The notes under the pieces are model-generated. The model was given only the letters and a program-made list of their open reading frames with translations, did not search any database and was not told the origin of the DNA. Positions 9,327-18,334 of a stretch of DNA of 64,000 bases are shown in pieces. Position numbers and translations under genes: made by a program. Location of the stretch: assembly GCA_902619745.1 (NCBI GenBank), contig CACNFL010000003.1, forward strand, positions 932 to 64,931, read 5' to 3'. This DNA is from an uncultured Pelagibacteraceae bacterium. Its GTDB lineage: Bacteria; Pseudomonadota; Alphaproteobacteria; Pelagibacterales; Pelagibacteraceae. Position 1 is the first letter of the stretch; each line of letters starts with the position of its first letter.

Positions 9327-11028
9327 TTCTTTTTTCTTCGTGTCTAATTATCTTAAATTTTATACTCTTTTGTTTTAGCTCTGCAATAAAATTAGTAAAA
9401 TTCTTAAGGTTTCTAATAATTAATTTAAATTTAAAATTAATATAATTGGGATTTTTACCAACCATTTCTAAGCTCGATATATTTAATTTATGACTTCCAA
9501 TGAGCGAGCTTATATCTCCTAATTGACCTGGCTTATCAGGTAATGACATCCATAGAGTAGTATTGTATTTTTTTGTTTTTTCCTCTTTTTGCTCTCCTTT
9601 TTCGTGCCAATATCTTCTTATTGCTGCTCTAGCTTTACCTGTTTTAGTTGTTGGTATCCAGTGAAGCGAGGGTGAATTATTTTTAGATGTTATAATATTT
9701 ACTCGATCACCATTTCTTAAAATAGTTTGTAATTCACTTTTGTTTCCATTAATTTCACAACCAACTGCTGAATTACCAATTTTAGTATGAACAGCATATG
9801 CAAAATCTATTGCTGTAGCGTCTTTAGGTAATTTAATTACTGAACCTTTTGGTGTGAAACAAAATACGTTTTCTTGAAACATTTGTAATTTTGTATACTC
9901 ATATGAGTCTTCAGGGTTTTCATTTTTTTCTATAATCTCAACAAGATCTTTTAACCAATCATACTCCTTCCAACTTAAAGAATTAAATTTTTCAGAAGAT
10001 TTATACTGCCAATGAGATGCAACACCTCTTTCAGCAAATTCGTGCATTTCATGTGTTCTAATTTGAATTTCTATTGGTTTTTTATTTGAACCAATTACAG
10101 AAGTATGAATAGATTTATAACCATTGATTTTTGGAGATGAAATATAATCTTTAAATTTTCCAGGTATGCAATTCCATTTTTTATGAAAAATCCCGAGGGT
10201 TTTGTAACAATCGTCTACGTTTTTTAAAATTATCCTAAATCCAATAATGTCTGTTATTTGTTCAAGGGAGACTCTTTTTTTTTGGACTTTTCTCCAAATT
10301 GAAAAAGGTGTTTTTTCTCTACCATGAATCTCTGCATTAATCTCATTATCATTCAATATTTCACTTAACTCAAAAGATTGTTCTTCAAATAAATCTTTTC
10401 TATCCAATTTTATTTCATCAAGTCTTTTTTTTATTAATTTTCTTGCATCGTTATTTAAAATTTCAAAAGATAAATCCTCAAGTTCATCTCTTATTCTATG
10501 CATTCCCATTCTATCAGCTAATGGGGCATAAATTTCCATAGTTTCTTGAGCTATTCTTTTTCTTTTGTCTTCTTTTGTAATTGCTTTAATGGTCCTCATA
10601 TTATGTAGTCGATCGGCAATTTTCACTAACAGAACTCTGATGTCTTTTGATGTTGCTAAAATTAATTTTCTGAAATTCTCAACTTTAGAATTGGCTCCAG
10701 CTGAATTTTCAAATGCTGAAATTTTTGTTACACCATCAACTAAATCAGCAACCTCATCACCAAATTCTTGTTTGATAGTTTCATAAGTTGCAAAAGTATC
10801 TTCTATAGTGTCATGCAATAGACCAGTTGTAATTGTAGCGCTATCTAATTTTAATTCAGTTAAAATATTTGCAACCTCAATTGGATGAACAGAATAAGGA
10901 TCACCCGAAGCTCTTTTTTGACTCTTATGTGCTTTAACAGCAAAATTATATGCTTTATCCAATTTTTCAGGATTAAGAAATTTATTGTAATCCTTAACTT
11001 TATTTATAAGTTCATTTGAATTAAGCAT
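9283..11028 (-). CDS. spoT: Bifunctional (p)ppGpp synthetase/hydrolase (Rel/SpoT), shortened to 581 aa
   Basis: HD domain (LLHDTIED, ADRLHNMRT), synthetase (KDYI..PK.NGYKSIHT, EIQIRT), TGS (FTPKG...DFAYAVHT), ACT (DKPGQLGDI). Confidence 0.95.
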   Translation of the reverse strand: MLNSNELINKVKDYNKFLNPEKLDKAYNFAVKAHKSQKRASGDPYSVHPIEVANILTELKLDSATITTGLLHDTIEDTFATYETIKQEFGDEVADLVDGVTKISAFENSAGANSKVENFRKLILATSKDIRVLLVKIADRLHNMRTIKAITKEDKRKRIAQETMEIYAPLADRMGMHRIRDELEDLSFEILNNDARKLIKKRLDEIKLDRKDLFEEQSFELSEILNDNEINAEIHGREKTPFSIWRKVQKKRVSLEQITDIIGFRIILKNVDDCYKTLGIFHKKWNCIPGKFKDYISSPKINGYKSIHTSVIGSNKKPIEIQIRTHEMHEFAERGVASHWQYKSSEKFNSLSWKEYDWLKDLVEIIEKNENPEDSYEYTKLQMFQENVFCFTPKGSVIKLPKDATAIDFAYAVHTKIGNSAVGCEINGNKSELQTILRNGDRVNIITSKNNSPSLHWIPTTKTGKARAAIRRYWHEKGEQKEEKTKKYNTTLWMSLPDKPGQLGDISSLIGSHKLNISSLEMVGKNPNYINFKFKLIIRNLKNFTNFIAELKQKSIKFKIIRHEEKRNAFTQKILKYFKKN

Positions 11029-11044
11029 AATTGATATTATACCA
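11029..11044 (-). promoter_or_regulatory. Extended -10 promoter (TG-G-TATAAT) 7 nt upstream of the spoT ATG
   Basis: Minus strand reads ...tttaaTGgTATAATatcaattATG; perfect TGnTATAAT consensus in a 21-bp gap. Confidence 0.6.
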
Positions 11045-11049
11045 TTAAA

Positions 11050-11568
11050 TCAAATTTGTTTAATAGATCTAATGTCTCTATCAGGAAGCAGAGAAATCAA
11101 GGTTTTAACATCAATTTGTTTATCAGGATGGATCCAATTCTTTTGAATCTCAAATAATGGAAATAGTACAAAGTTTCTTTTGTGCATCATTTTATGAGGT
11201 AAATTAATCTTAGAGTTTTTTTTTGATACCAAATTATTAAAATCGATTATATCTAAATCACATGTACGAGGAGCATTTTTTTTCGCTTTTTTTCTACCTA
11301 ATTGATTTTCTATAAATTTACATATTTTTAATAGTTCTTGAGGACTGTAATAACATTTTAATTTTAAAATTATATTTAAGAACTTAGGTTTTCGTGGGTC
11401 AGGCCAGGAAGGGGTTTCGTAATAACTAGATACCAAGAGAACATCTAAGCTATGTTCTGATAATAAAAATTTTGCTTTTTCTATATTTCTTTTTCTTATA
11501 CCTAAATTTGAACCTATTCCTAAAAAAACAATTTTAGCTTGATTTTCTAATATATCTTGCCTTTTCAC
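11050..11568 (-). CDS. folK: 2-amino-4-hydroxy-6-hydroxymethyldihydropteridine pyrophosphokinase
   Basis: [35 protein letters not shown]. Start uncertain: GTG at 11568 chosen, ORF is open to 11628. Confidence 0.92.
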   Translation of the reverse strand: MKRQDILENQAKIVFLGIGSNLGIRKRNIEKAKFLLSEHSLDVLLVSSYYETPSWPDPRKPKFLNIILKLKCYYSPQELLKICKFIENQLGRKKAKKNAPRTCDLDIIDFNNLVSKKNSKINLPHKMMHKRNFVLFPLFEIQKNWIHPDKQIDVKTLISLLPDRDIRSIKQI

Positions 11569-12004
11569 GGTTCCAATCTCTACTTTTTTTAGTTGCTCTT
11601 TTATCATATTGCTTTTTCCCTTTTGCAACAGCTAGTTCTATTTTAGCCTTTCCTTTTTTAAAATACATTTTTGTAGGAACTAATGTGAAACCATCTCTTT
11701 GCATTTTACCTATCAATTTATTTATTTCTTTTTTATTAAGAAGCAATTTTCTATCATCTGTTGGATTATGATTAGAGTAACTGGCTTGCTTGTATGGAGA
11801 TATATGTGAATTAATTAAAACAATTTCACCTCCCTTTTCAACAGCATAAGACTCAGCAATATTAACCTTGCCCTCTCTTAATGATTTAATCTCTGATCCC
11901 TTTAAAACAATTCCAGCTTCAAAAATATCTTCAAAAAAATAATTAAAACTAGCTTTTCTGTTTAAACAAATGATTTTCAAACCAGGATTGGTTTTTTTGT
12001 TCAT
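11534..12004 (-). CDS. smpB: SsrA-binding protein
   Basis: [34 protein letters not shown]. Confidence 0.97.
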   Translation of the reverse strand: MNKKTNPGLKIICLNRKASFNYFFEDIFEAGIVLKGSEIKSLREGKVNIAESYAVEKGGEIVLINSHISPYKQASYSNHNPTDDRKLLLNKKEINKLIGKMQRDGFTLVPTKMYFKKGKAKIELAVAKGKKQYDKRATKKSRDWNREKARYIRKSS

Positions 12005-12885
12005 TAAATTAACTTAGCAGACTGAAGAGCTTTTTTTACAATTTCTTTTGTTGCGTCTGTTACTTTTACAAGTGGTAGTCTTACGTTGTCATCACAAAGT
12101 CCTAAAAGTTTTGCAGCATATTTTACAGGACTAGGATTGCTCTCAACAAACATTGAGTGATGAACTGGTTGTAATATTTTATCTAATCTTTCTGCTTCTT
12201 TCATTTCGTTATCGGTGTCTGATTTGGAGAATTTTTGAAAATCTGAACAAAGTTTAGGTGCAATATTAGCTGTTACACTAATAGTACCTACCCCACCACG
12301 TTTATTAAATTCAAAAGCATTATCATCATTACCTGTTAATTGAATAAAATCTTTGCCCATTTTTTCAAGTGTCTGATTAACTCTATCTAAATCACCCGTT
12401 GCATCTTTAACACCAACTATATTTTTTAATTCATAGAGTCTGGCCATTGTATCCACTGACATATCAATTACAGATCTGCCAGGAATATTATAAATTATAA
12501 TTGGAATGCCACACTTATCATTAATTGCTTTATAATGTTGATACAAGCCTTCTTGAGTTGGTTTATTATAATAAGGTGTAACTATCAAAGCACCGTTAGC
12601 TCCTGCTTTTTCTGCATGTGTGGTTAAAGAAATAGCCTCCTCAGTTGAGTTGGAACCCGTGCCAGCAATAACTGGAATTTTTCCATTACTTTCTTTTATA
12701 CATAAATCGATTACTCTTTGATGCTCATCATGATTTAACGTAGGGGATTCACCTGTTGTACCAGCCGGCACAAGTCCATTCGTACCATTATCGATGTGGA
12801 AATGGATTAATTTTATATATGCTTCCTCATCTAGACCATTATTTTTAAATGGTGTAATTAAAGCAACATTTGATCCTTTGAACAT
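12004..12885 (-). CDS. dapA: 4-hydroxy-tetrahydrodipicolinate synthase
   Basis: GTTGES, PYYNKP, YNIPGRS, GVKDA, NP.PVK. Confidence 0.97.
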   Translation of the reverse strand: MFKGSNVALITPFKNNGLDEEAYIKLIHFHIDNGTNGLVPAGTTGESPTLNHDEHQRVIDLCIKESNGKIPVIAGTGSNSTEEAISLTTHAEKAGANGALIVTPYYNKPTQEGLYQHYKAINDKCGIPIIIYNIPGRSVIDMSVDTMARLYELKNIVGVKDATGDLDRVNQTLEKMGKDFIQLTGNDDNAFEFNKRGGVGTISVTANIAPKLCSDFQKFSKSDTDNEMKEAERLDKILQPVHHSMFVESNPSPVKYAAKLLGLCDDNVRLPLVKVTDATKEIVKKALQSAKLI

Positions 12886-12928
12886 AAATACTTATAACAT
12901 AGTTTAAAGATTCATATACTAAAAGATT

Positions 12929-15154
12929 ATGCTCAAAAAAATATTATTTTTAGGTTTCACAGTATCACTATTAATATTTCAAAATAATATCTTTGCTGAA
13001 ATTAATTCAGTTGTACCTTTAAAAAAACCTGTTTTAAGTAAAGAAGAAATTCAAAAGAAAATATCTATAAATATTGTCAAGCCATTAAAGAAGCCCACGA
13101 AAACCAAAGAAATTAAAATCGAAGAAGTGATTGTTGAAAAAGAGTTGGTTTTAAAAGAAAAAAAATTAAGTTTTAAAATACCAAAGAAGAAACCAACTAT
13201 AGCTGGCACTAGTACAGCTAAGAATATTAAGATTTCAAGATATTATAGCAAAAAAGACTTTGGGTTGGCTAAAAAAGCTATTTCAGAAATGCAGAAAAGT
13301 AAATGGTCGTCTGCTCTTAAAATAGCAAAAAAAGCAAAAGACAACTCTATTTATAATTTTATACAATGGAGACATCTTTTAACATCAGGTAACCAGGCGT
13401 CCTTTTACGATTATCAAGTTTTTTTAAATAAAAATTCAGATTACCCTAGAATAAGCAGAATTAAATATCTTGCTGAGCATAAACTATCCACAGAAAGTGT
13501 TTCACCTAAAAAAATAATAAAATGGTTTGGAGAAAATGATCCATTAAGTGGTTATGGAAAAATGATACTTGGAGAAAGTCATATTTTAATTGGAAACAAA
13601 AATAAAGGTACAAGACTGATTAAAGAAGGTTGGGTCACAGCAGATTTATCTAAAAATGAATTAAAATATTTTAGAAAAAAATATAAAAAATATTTAAATG
13701 CAGATGACTATATTAAACGAGCTGATTATTTAGCTTGGAACGGTGATCGTTGGGATTTACAAAGATTAATAAGGTATCTGCCAAAAGATTACGAACTTTT
13801 ATATAATGCAAGATATCTTTTAATGAGTAAAGGTTATGGAGTTGACCAAGCCATAGCAAATGTTCCTCAAAAATTTAAGAATGATGCTGGGTTAAACTAC
13901 GATCGATTGAAATGGAGAAGAAAAAAAGGGCGTGTAGATTCTTCAACAGAAATCTTATTGAAAATAAGAAATGATAAAGAGTATTTAGTTAGGCCTGACA
14001 AATGGTGGAAAGAAAGAGAAATTATCTCAAGAGCATTGCTTTATAAAAAGAAATATGAAATTTCATATAAAATTTCAAGCAATCATGGAATGACTGAAGG
14101 GTCTGAATATGCTGCTGCAGAATGGATGAGTGGATGGATAGCTTTAAGTTTTTTAAATGATCCATTAACAGCTAAAGATCATTTTAAAAATTTTTATGAA
14201 AATGTTAGTTATCCAATAAGCTTGTCTAGAGGTGCCTATTGGCTTGGAAGAGCATATGAAAAAATAGGTGAAAGAGAACAATCAAATAATTGGTACAGAG
14301 AGGCCACAAAATATCTTACTACTTACTATGGTCAGCTAGCTTTTTTAAAATTAAATCCAAATGGAAAATTTGAGTTAGAAAAAGATATGGAAATTGATCC
14401 AAAATATAGAATTCAATTTTTTAATAAAGAGCTTGTAAAAATTTCTTATCTTCTAGATGAATTAAAGAAAGATAAATATACAAAACATATTTTAAGACAT
14501 CTAGCTAATGACAATATAGCAAAAGGTAGTGAAGTTTTGGCTGCAGAATTAGCCACAAGTATAAATAGATATGACTTTGCTATTCAGGTTTCAAAAATTG
14601 CTTCATATCAAAAAAGGTTTCATAATAAATACAATTACCCAATAATTAGTACTCCTAAATATATTAATAATCGAAAAATTCCAGAAAGTGCTTTGATCTT
14701 ATCTATAATTAGACAAGAAAGTGAATTTGATTTGGAAGCTAATAGTCATGCTGGTGCAAAAGGATTAATGCAATTAATGCCATACACAGCAAAGCTGGTT
14801 TCAAAACAAGCAAAACTACCTTATTCAAAATCAAGACTAACAAGTGATCCAGAATATAATATTAATTTAGGTTCACACTATATTGCAGGTTTAATTTTAC
14901 TATACGATGGTGCCTACCCTTTTGCTGTAGCAGCTTACAATGCTGGTCCTAACAGGGTTAAATATTGGAAAAAAATAAATAAAAACCCTCAAAAAAAACA
15001 AGTTGATTATGTTGATTGGGTTGAGTTAATAAAATTTAGAGAAACTCGAAATTATGTTCAGCGTGTTATGGAAAATTATAATGTCTATAGGTATATATTA
15101 GAGCAAAAACCAATTAGTATGAAAAATTTTTTTAAAGACCAGCCACTCTATTAA
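12929..15154 (+). CDS. slt: Soluble lytic murein transglycosylase (Slt70-like)
   Basis: Signal peptide, helical body, C-terminal SLT domain IIRQES, GLMQLMP, AYNAGP, ETRNYVQRV. Confidence 0.9.
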   Translation: MLKKILFLGFTVSLLIFQNNIFAEINSVVPLKKPVLSKEEIQKKISINIVKPLKKPTKTKEIKIEEVIVEKELVLKEKKLSFKIPKKKPTIAGTSTAKNIKISRYYSKKDFGLAKKAISEMQKSKWSSALKIAKKAKDNSIYNFIQWRHLLTSGNQASFYDYQVFLNKNSDYPRISRIKYLAEHKLSTESVSPKKIIKWFGENDPLSGYGKMILGESHILIGNKNKGTRLIKEGWVTADLSKNELKYFRKKYKKYLNADDYIKRADYLAWNGDRWDLQRLIRYLPKDYELLYNARYLLMSKGYGVDQAIANVPQKFKNDAGLNYDRLKWRRKKGRVDSSTEILLKIRNDKEYLVRPDKWWKEREIISRALLYKKKYEISYKISSNHGMTEGSEYAAAEWMSGWIALSFLNDPLTAKDHFKNFYENVSYPISLSRGAYWLGRAYEKIGEREQSNNWYREATKYLTTYYGQLAFLKLNPNGKFELEKDMEIDPKYRIQFFNKELVKISYLLDELKKDKYTKHILRHLANDNIAKGSEVLAAELATSINRYDFAIQVSKIASYQKRFHNKYNYPIISTPKYINNRKIPESALILSIIRQESEFDLEANSHAGAKGLMQLMPYTAKLVSKQAKLPYSKSRLTSDPEYNINLGSHYIAGLILLYDGAYPFAVAAYNAGPNRVKYWKKINKNPQKKQVDYVDWVELIKFRETRNYVQRVMENYNVYRYILEQKPISMKNFFKDQPLY

Positions 15155-15157
15155 CCT

Positions 15158-16642
15158 ATGATAAATGAAAACCTAGAACTTCAAAAGAAAATCAAAGAGG
15201 GTATTAATTTAATTGAGAATAATAATTTTTTAGAAGCTGAAAAAATTTTTGACAAATTTTTAAAAAATAATGAAACAGAAACTACAGGCTTATTTTTTTT
15301 AGGTATTATTAGTATTAAGAAAAAAGAAAATTTTAAGGCAAAAGAATTATTTTTAAAAATTTTAAGTATTAACGAATTTCACTTAGAGGCTAATTTTAAT
15401 TTAGCACTAGTCTATTTTGGGGAAGATGATTATAATGAAGCCTTAACTTACTTTGATAATTCAATTAAAATAAACGATAAACATCTACCGTCTTATTATC
15501 ACAAGGGATTAATATATATGCTTAGAAAAAATTACGATGATGCAATAAAATATTTTGATATTTGTAATAATATTGATGAAAAATTTATACCAACATCTTT
15601 AAATTTAGGAAATATATATTTAAGAAAAAATGAATTTAAAAAATCTATTCATTATTATCAGAAAATTTTAGATCTTACATCAGACCAAGTATATTTAAAT
15701 CTTGCAAAATTTAATATTGCCTGGAATCAACTAGCTGAATGTAATTTAGATGAAGGTTTCAAAAATTACGAAGTAAGAAAAGAAAAACCACTTATTAAAA
15801 AACAAGTTAAAGAATTAATTGAAAAATATTCTTGTAAAGAATGGCAAGGTGAAAATTTGGATAACAAAACAATTATTATTTTATCAGAACAAGGCCTAGG
15901 TGATAATATTCAGTTTTTTCGTTATTTATTCTGGTTAAAAGATAAATTTAATACAAATATCATATTTCTTATTAATAAAAAAAAATCACATTTGTTTAAA
16001 GATACTCCTTTTAACATTGTTTCAAGCTTAGATAATATAAAACATATTGATTATTTTAAATTTATAATGAGTTTGCCAGGTATATATTTTAATCAAAATC
16101 AAAATTTTCCAAAAATAGTCCATTATATAAAACCAAGCAAAGAAATTGATTTAAAATGGAAAGATAGACTTCAAAAATTTAAAAAACCGGTAATTGCTTT
16201 GAATTGGCAAGGTGACAGAAACTTCATGTTTGATAGAACGAGATCTATTGCACTCTCAAATTTTAAAAATATCTTAAATATTAAAAAAAATACTTTTATA
16301 AGTTTACAAAAAGGATTTGGAACAGAACAAATTAAATCTAATAAATTTGAAAATCAAATCGTTGATTTATCTAATGAAATTGATAACGGTGATAAAACAT
16401 TTGAAGATACGATATCTATTTTAAAGAATATTGAATGTTTAATAACATCTGATACTTCAATTGCCCATCTTGCAGGCACACTTAATGTTAAAACTTATTT
16501 ATTATTAAGCTTTAATCCTGAATGGAGATGGTTTATTGAGAAAAAATATAAAGTTTTTTATCCAAATATAAATATTATTCAGCAAGACAATCCAGGTGAT
16601 TGGGGAACTGTATTTGAAAAATTGGAAAATATTTTAAACTAA
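15158..16642 (+). CDS. TPR-repeat protein with C-terminal glycosyltransferase (GT-B, family 9-like) domain
   Basis: Several TPR units (FNLALVY, YHKGLIY, LNLGNIY), then EQGLGDNIQFFRY, SLQKG, TSDTSIAHLAG, WRW. Confidence 0.8.
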   Translation: MINENLELQKKIKEGINLIENNNFLEAEKIFDKFLKNNETETTGLFFLGIISIKKKENFKAKELFLKILSINEFHLEANFNLALVYFGEDDYNEALTYFDNSIKINDKHLPSYYHKGLIYMLRKNYDDAIKYFDICNNIDEKFIPTSLNLGNIYLRKNEFKKSIHYYQKILDLTSDQVYLNLAKFNIAWNQLAECNLDEGFKNYEVRKEKPLIKKQVKELIEKYSCKEWQGENLDNKTIIILSEQGLGDNIQFFRYLFWLKDKFNTNIIFLINKKKSHLFKDTPFNIVSSLDNIKHIDYFKFIMSLPGIYFNQNQNFPKIVHYIKPSKEIDLKWKDRLQKFKKPVIALNWQGDRNFMFDRTRSIALSNFKNILNIKKNTFISLQKGFGTEQIKSNKFENQIVDLSNEIDNGDKTFEDTISILKNIECLITSDTSIAHLAGTLNVKTYLLLSFNPEWRWFIEKKYKVFYPNINIIQQDNPGDWGTVFEKLENILN

Positions 16643-16645
16643 TGA

Positions 16646-16737
16646 TGGCGGAAGAGGAGGGATTCGAACCCTCGGTACAAGTTTCCTCGCACGGTCATTT
16701 AGCAAACGACTGGTTTCAGCCTCTCACCCACTCTTCC
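16646..16737 (-). tRNA. tRNA-Ser(GCT)
   Basis: Reverse complement GGAAGAG...GTCGT-TT-GCT-AA-ATGAC...long variable arm...GAGGG-TTCGAAT-CCCTC-CTCTTCC-GCCA; encoded CCA. Confidence 0.97.
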
Positions 16738-16804
16738 ATATGACATTGTGTATTAAGCGATTGTATTGAAAATTCAATATATATAAAGTAATTATTCAAT
16801 TATT

Positions 16805-18058
16805 ATGAGAAATAAGTACTCAGTATTTTCGTTAATCAAAAATGCTTTTTCATATCATGAAAATTGGCAAAGAGCATGGAAAGATCCTGCTCCTAAAAAA
16901 GAGTATGATGCAGTTATTATTGGTGGTGGTGGTCATGGATTAGCAACAGCCTACTATTTAGCAAAAAAACACAACATGAATAATATTGCTGTAGTAGAGA
17001 AAGGTTGGATTGGTGGAGGAAATACTGGACGGAATACTACAATCATTAGATCAAATTATTTATGGGACGCCAGTGCAGGATTATATGATCACGCATTAAA
17101 AATTTGGGAGGGTTTATCTCAAGAACTAAACTATAATGTAATGTTTAGTCAAAGAGGTGTAATGAATCTTGCACATAATTTGCAAGATGTTAGAGATTTA
17201 AAAAGACGAACACATGCAAATAGACTAAATGGAATTGATGCAGTTTACTTAAGTACAGAAGAAGTTAAAAAATTTTGTCCAATTATAAATACATCACCAG
17301 ATATTAGATACCCTGTTTTAGGAGGAACTCTACAACGTAGAGCTGGTACAGCAAGACACGATGCGGTTGCTTGGGGATATGCTAGAGGAGCTGATGCAAT
17401 GGGTGTTGATATTATTCAAAATTGTGAAGTTAAAGGAATAAAAAGAAATGGAGATAGTGTTGAAGGAATAGAAACAACAAAAGGATTTATAAAAACTAAG
17501 AAAGTTGGTGTAGTTGCAGCAGGTCATTCTAGTGTAATAGCTAATATGGCTGGTCTAAGACTTCCCCTTGAAAGTAAACCTTTACAGGCTTTAGTTTCTG
17601 AACCTGTAAAACCAGTTATTGATACAGTTGTAATGTCTAATGCAGTACATGCATATGTCAGTCAATCTGATAAAGGAGAGCTGGTGATTGGTGCTGGAAC
17701 AGATGATTATGTTTCTTACACACAAAAAGGAAGTCATCAAATAGTTGAAGGAACATTAAATGCTATTTTAGAATTATATCCAATCTTTAGTAGAATGAGA
17801 ATGTTAAGACAATGGGGAGGAATAGTAGATATTTGTCCTGATGCTAGTCCAATTTTAAGTAAAACTTCAATAAAAGGTTTATACTTTAATTGTGGTTGGG
17901 GTACTGGAGGATTTAAAGCAACTCCTGGATCTGGAGATTTGTTTGCACATACTATTGCAAATGATGAACCACACAAACTTAATGCTGCATTTAATTTAAA
18001 TAGATTTGTGAGCGGAGACCTTGTTGATGAACATGGCGCTGCAGCGGTTGCTCATTAA
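16805..18058 (+). CDS. soxB: Heterotetrameric sarcosine oxidase family, beta subunit
   Basis: GGGGHG FAD motif, [33 protein letters not shown]-terminal AAAVAH. Confidence 0.93.
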   Translation: MRNKYSVFSLIKNAFSYHENWQRAWKDPAPKKEYDAVIIGGGGHGLATAYYLAKKHNMNNIAVVEKGWIGGGNTGRNTTIIRSNYLWDASAGLYDHALKIWEGLSQELNYNVMFSQRGVMNLAHNLQDVRDLKRRTHANRLNGIDAVYLSTEEVKKFCPIINTSPDIRYPVLGGTLQRRAGTARHDAVAWGYARGADAMGVDIIQNCEVKGIKRNGDSVEGIETTKGFIKTKKVGVVAAGHSSVIANMAGLRLPLESKPLQALVSEPVKPVIDTVVMSNAVHAYVSQSDKGELVIGAGTDDYVSYTQKGSHQIVEGTLNAILELYPIFSRMRMLRQWGGIVDICPDASPILSKTSIKGLYFNCGWGTGGFKATPGSGDLFAHTIANDEPHKLNAAFNLNRFVSGDLVDEHGAAAVAH

Positions 18059-18333
18059 TGTTTTTAATAAATTGTCCATACTGTGGAGAACGAGATCAGC
18101 AAGAATTTAAGGCTGGCGGTGAAGCTCATATCGAGAGACCTAAGCAACCAACAGAATTAAGTGATGATGAGTGGGCAGAATATTTATTTATGAGAAAAAA
18201 TATTAAAGGTATTCAATTTGAAAGATGGAACCATGCACATGGTTGTCGTAAATGGTTTAATATGGTTAGAGATACTTCTAACGATGAAATAAAAGCAATT
18301 TATAAAATGGGTGAAAAACCACCGTCTCAATAA
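18058..18333 (+). CDS. soxD: Sarcosine oxidase family, delta subunit
   Basis: CPYCG.R...EF, W.H..GC..WF zinc motif. Confidence 0.93.
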   Translation: MFLINCPYCGERDQQEFKAGGEAHIERPKQPTELSDDEWAEYLFMRKNIKGIQFERWNHAHGCRKWFNMVRDTSNDEIKAIYKMGEKPPSQ

Positions 18334-18334
18334 A

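Noticed and set aside
15140-15160. Possible att-site duplication of the tRNA-Ser 3' end flanking the TPR-glycosyltransferase gene
   Set aside because: No repeat of the tRNA 3' sequence was found at the left boundary and no integrase is present, so it is not called a mobile element
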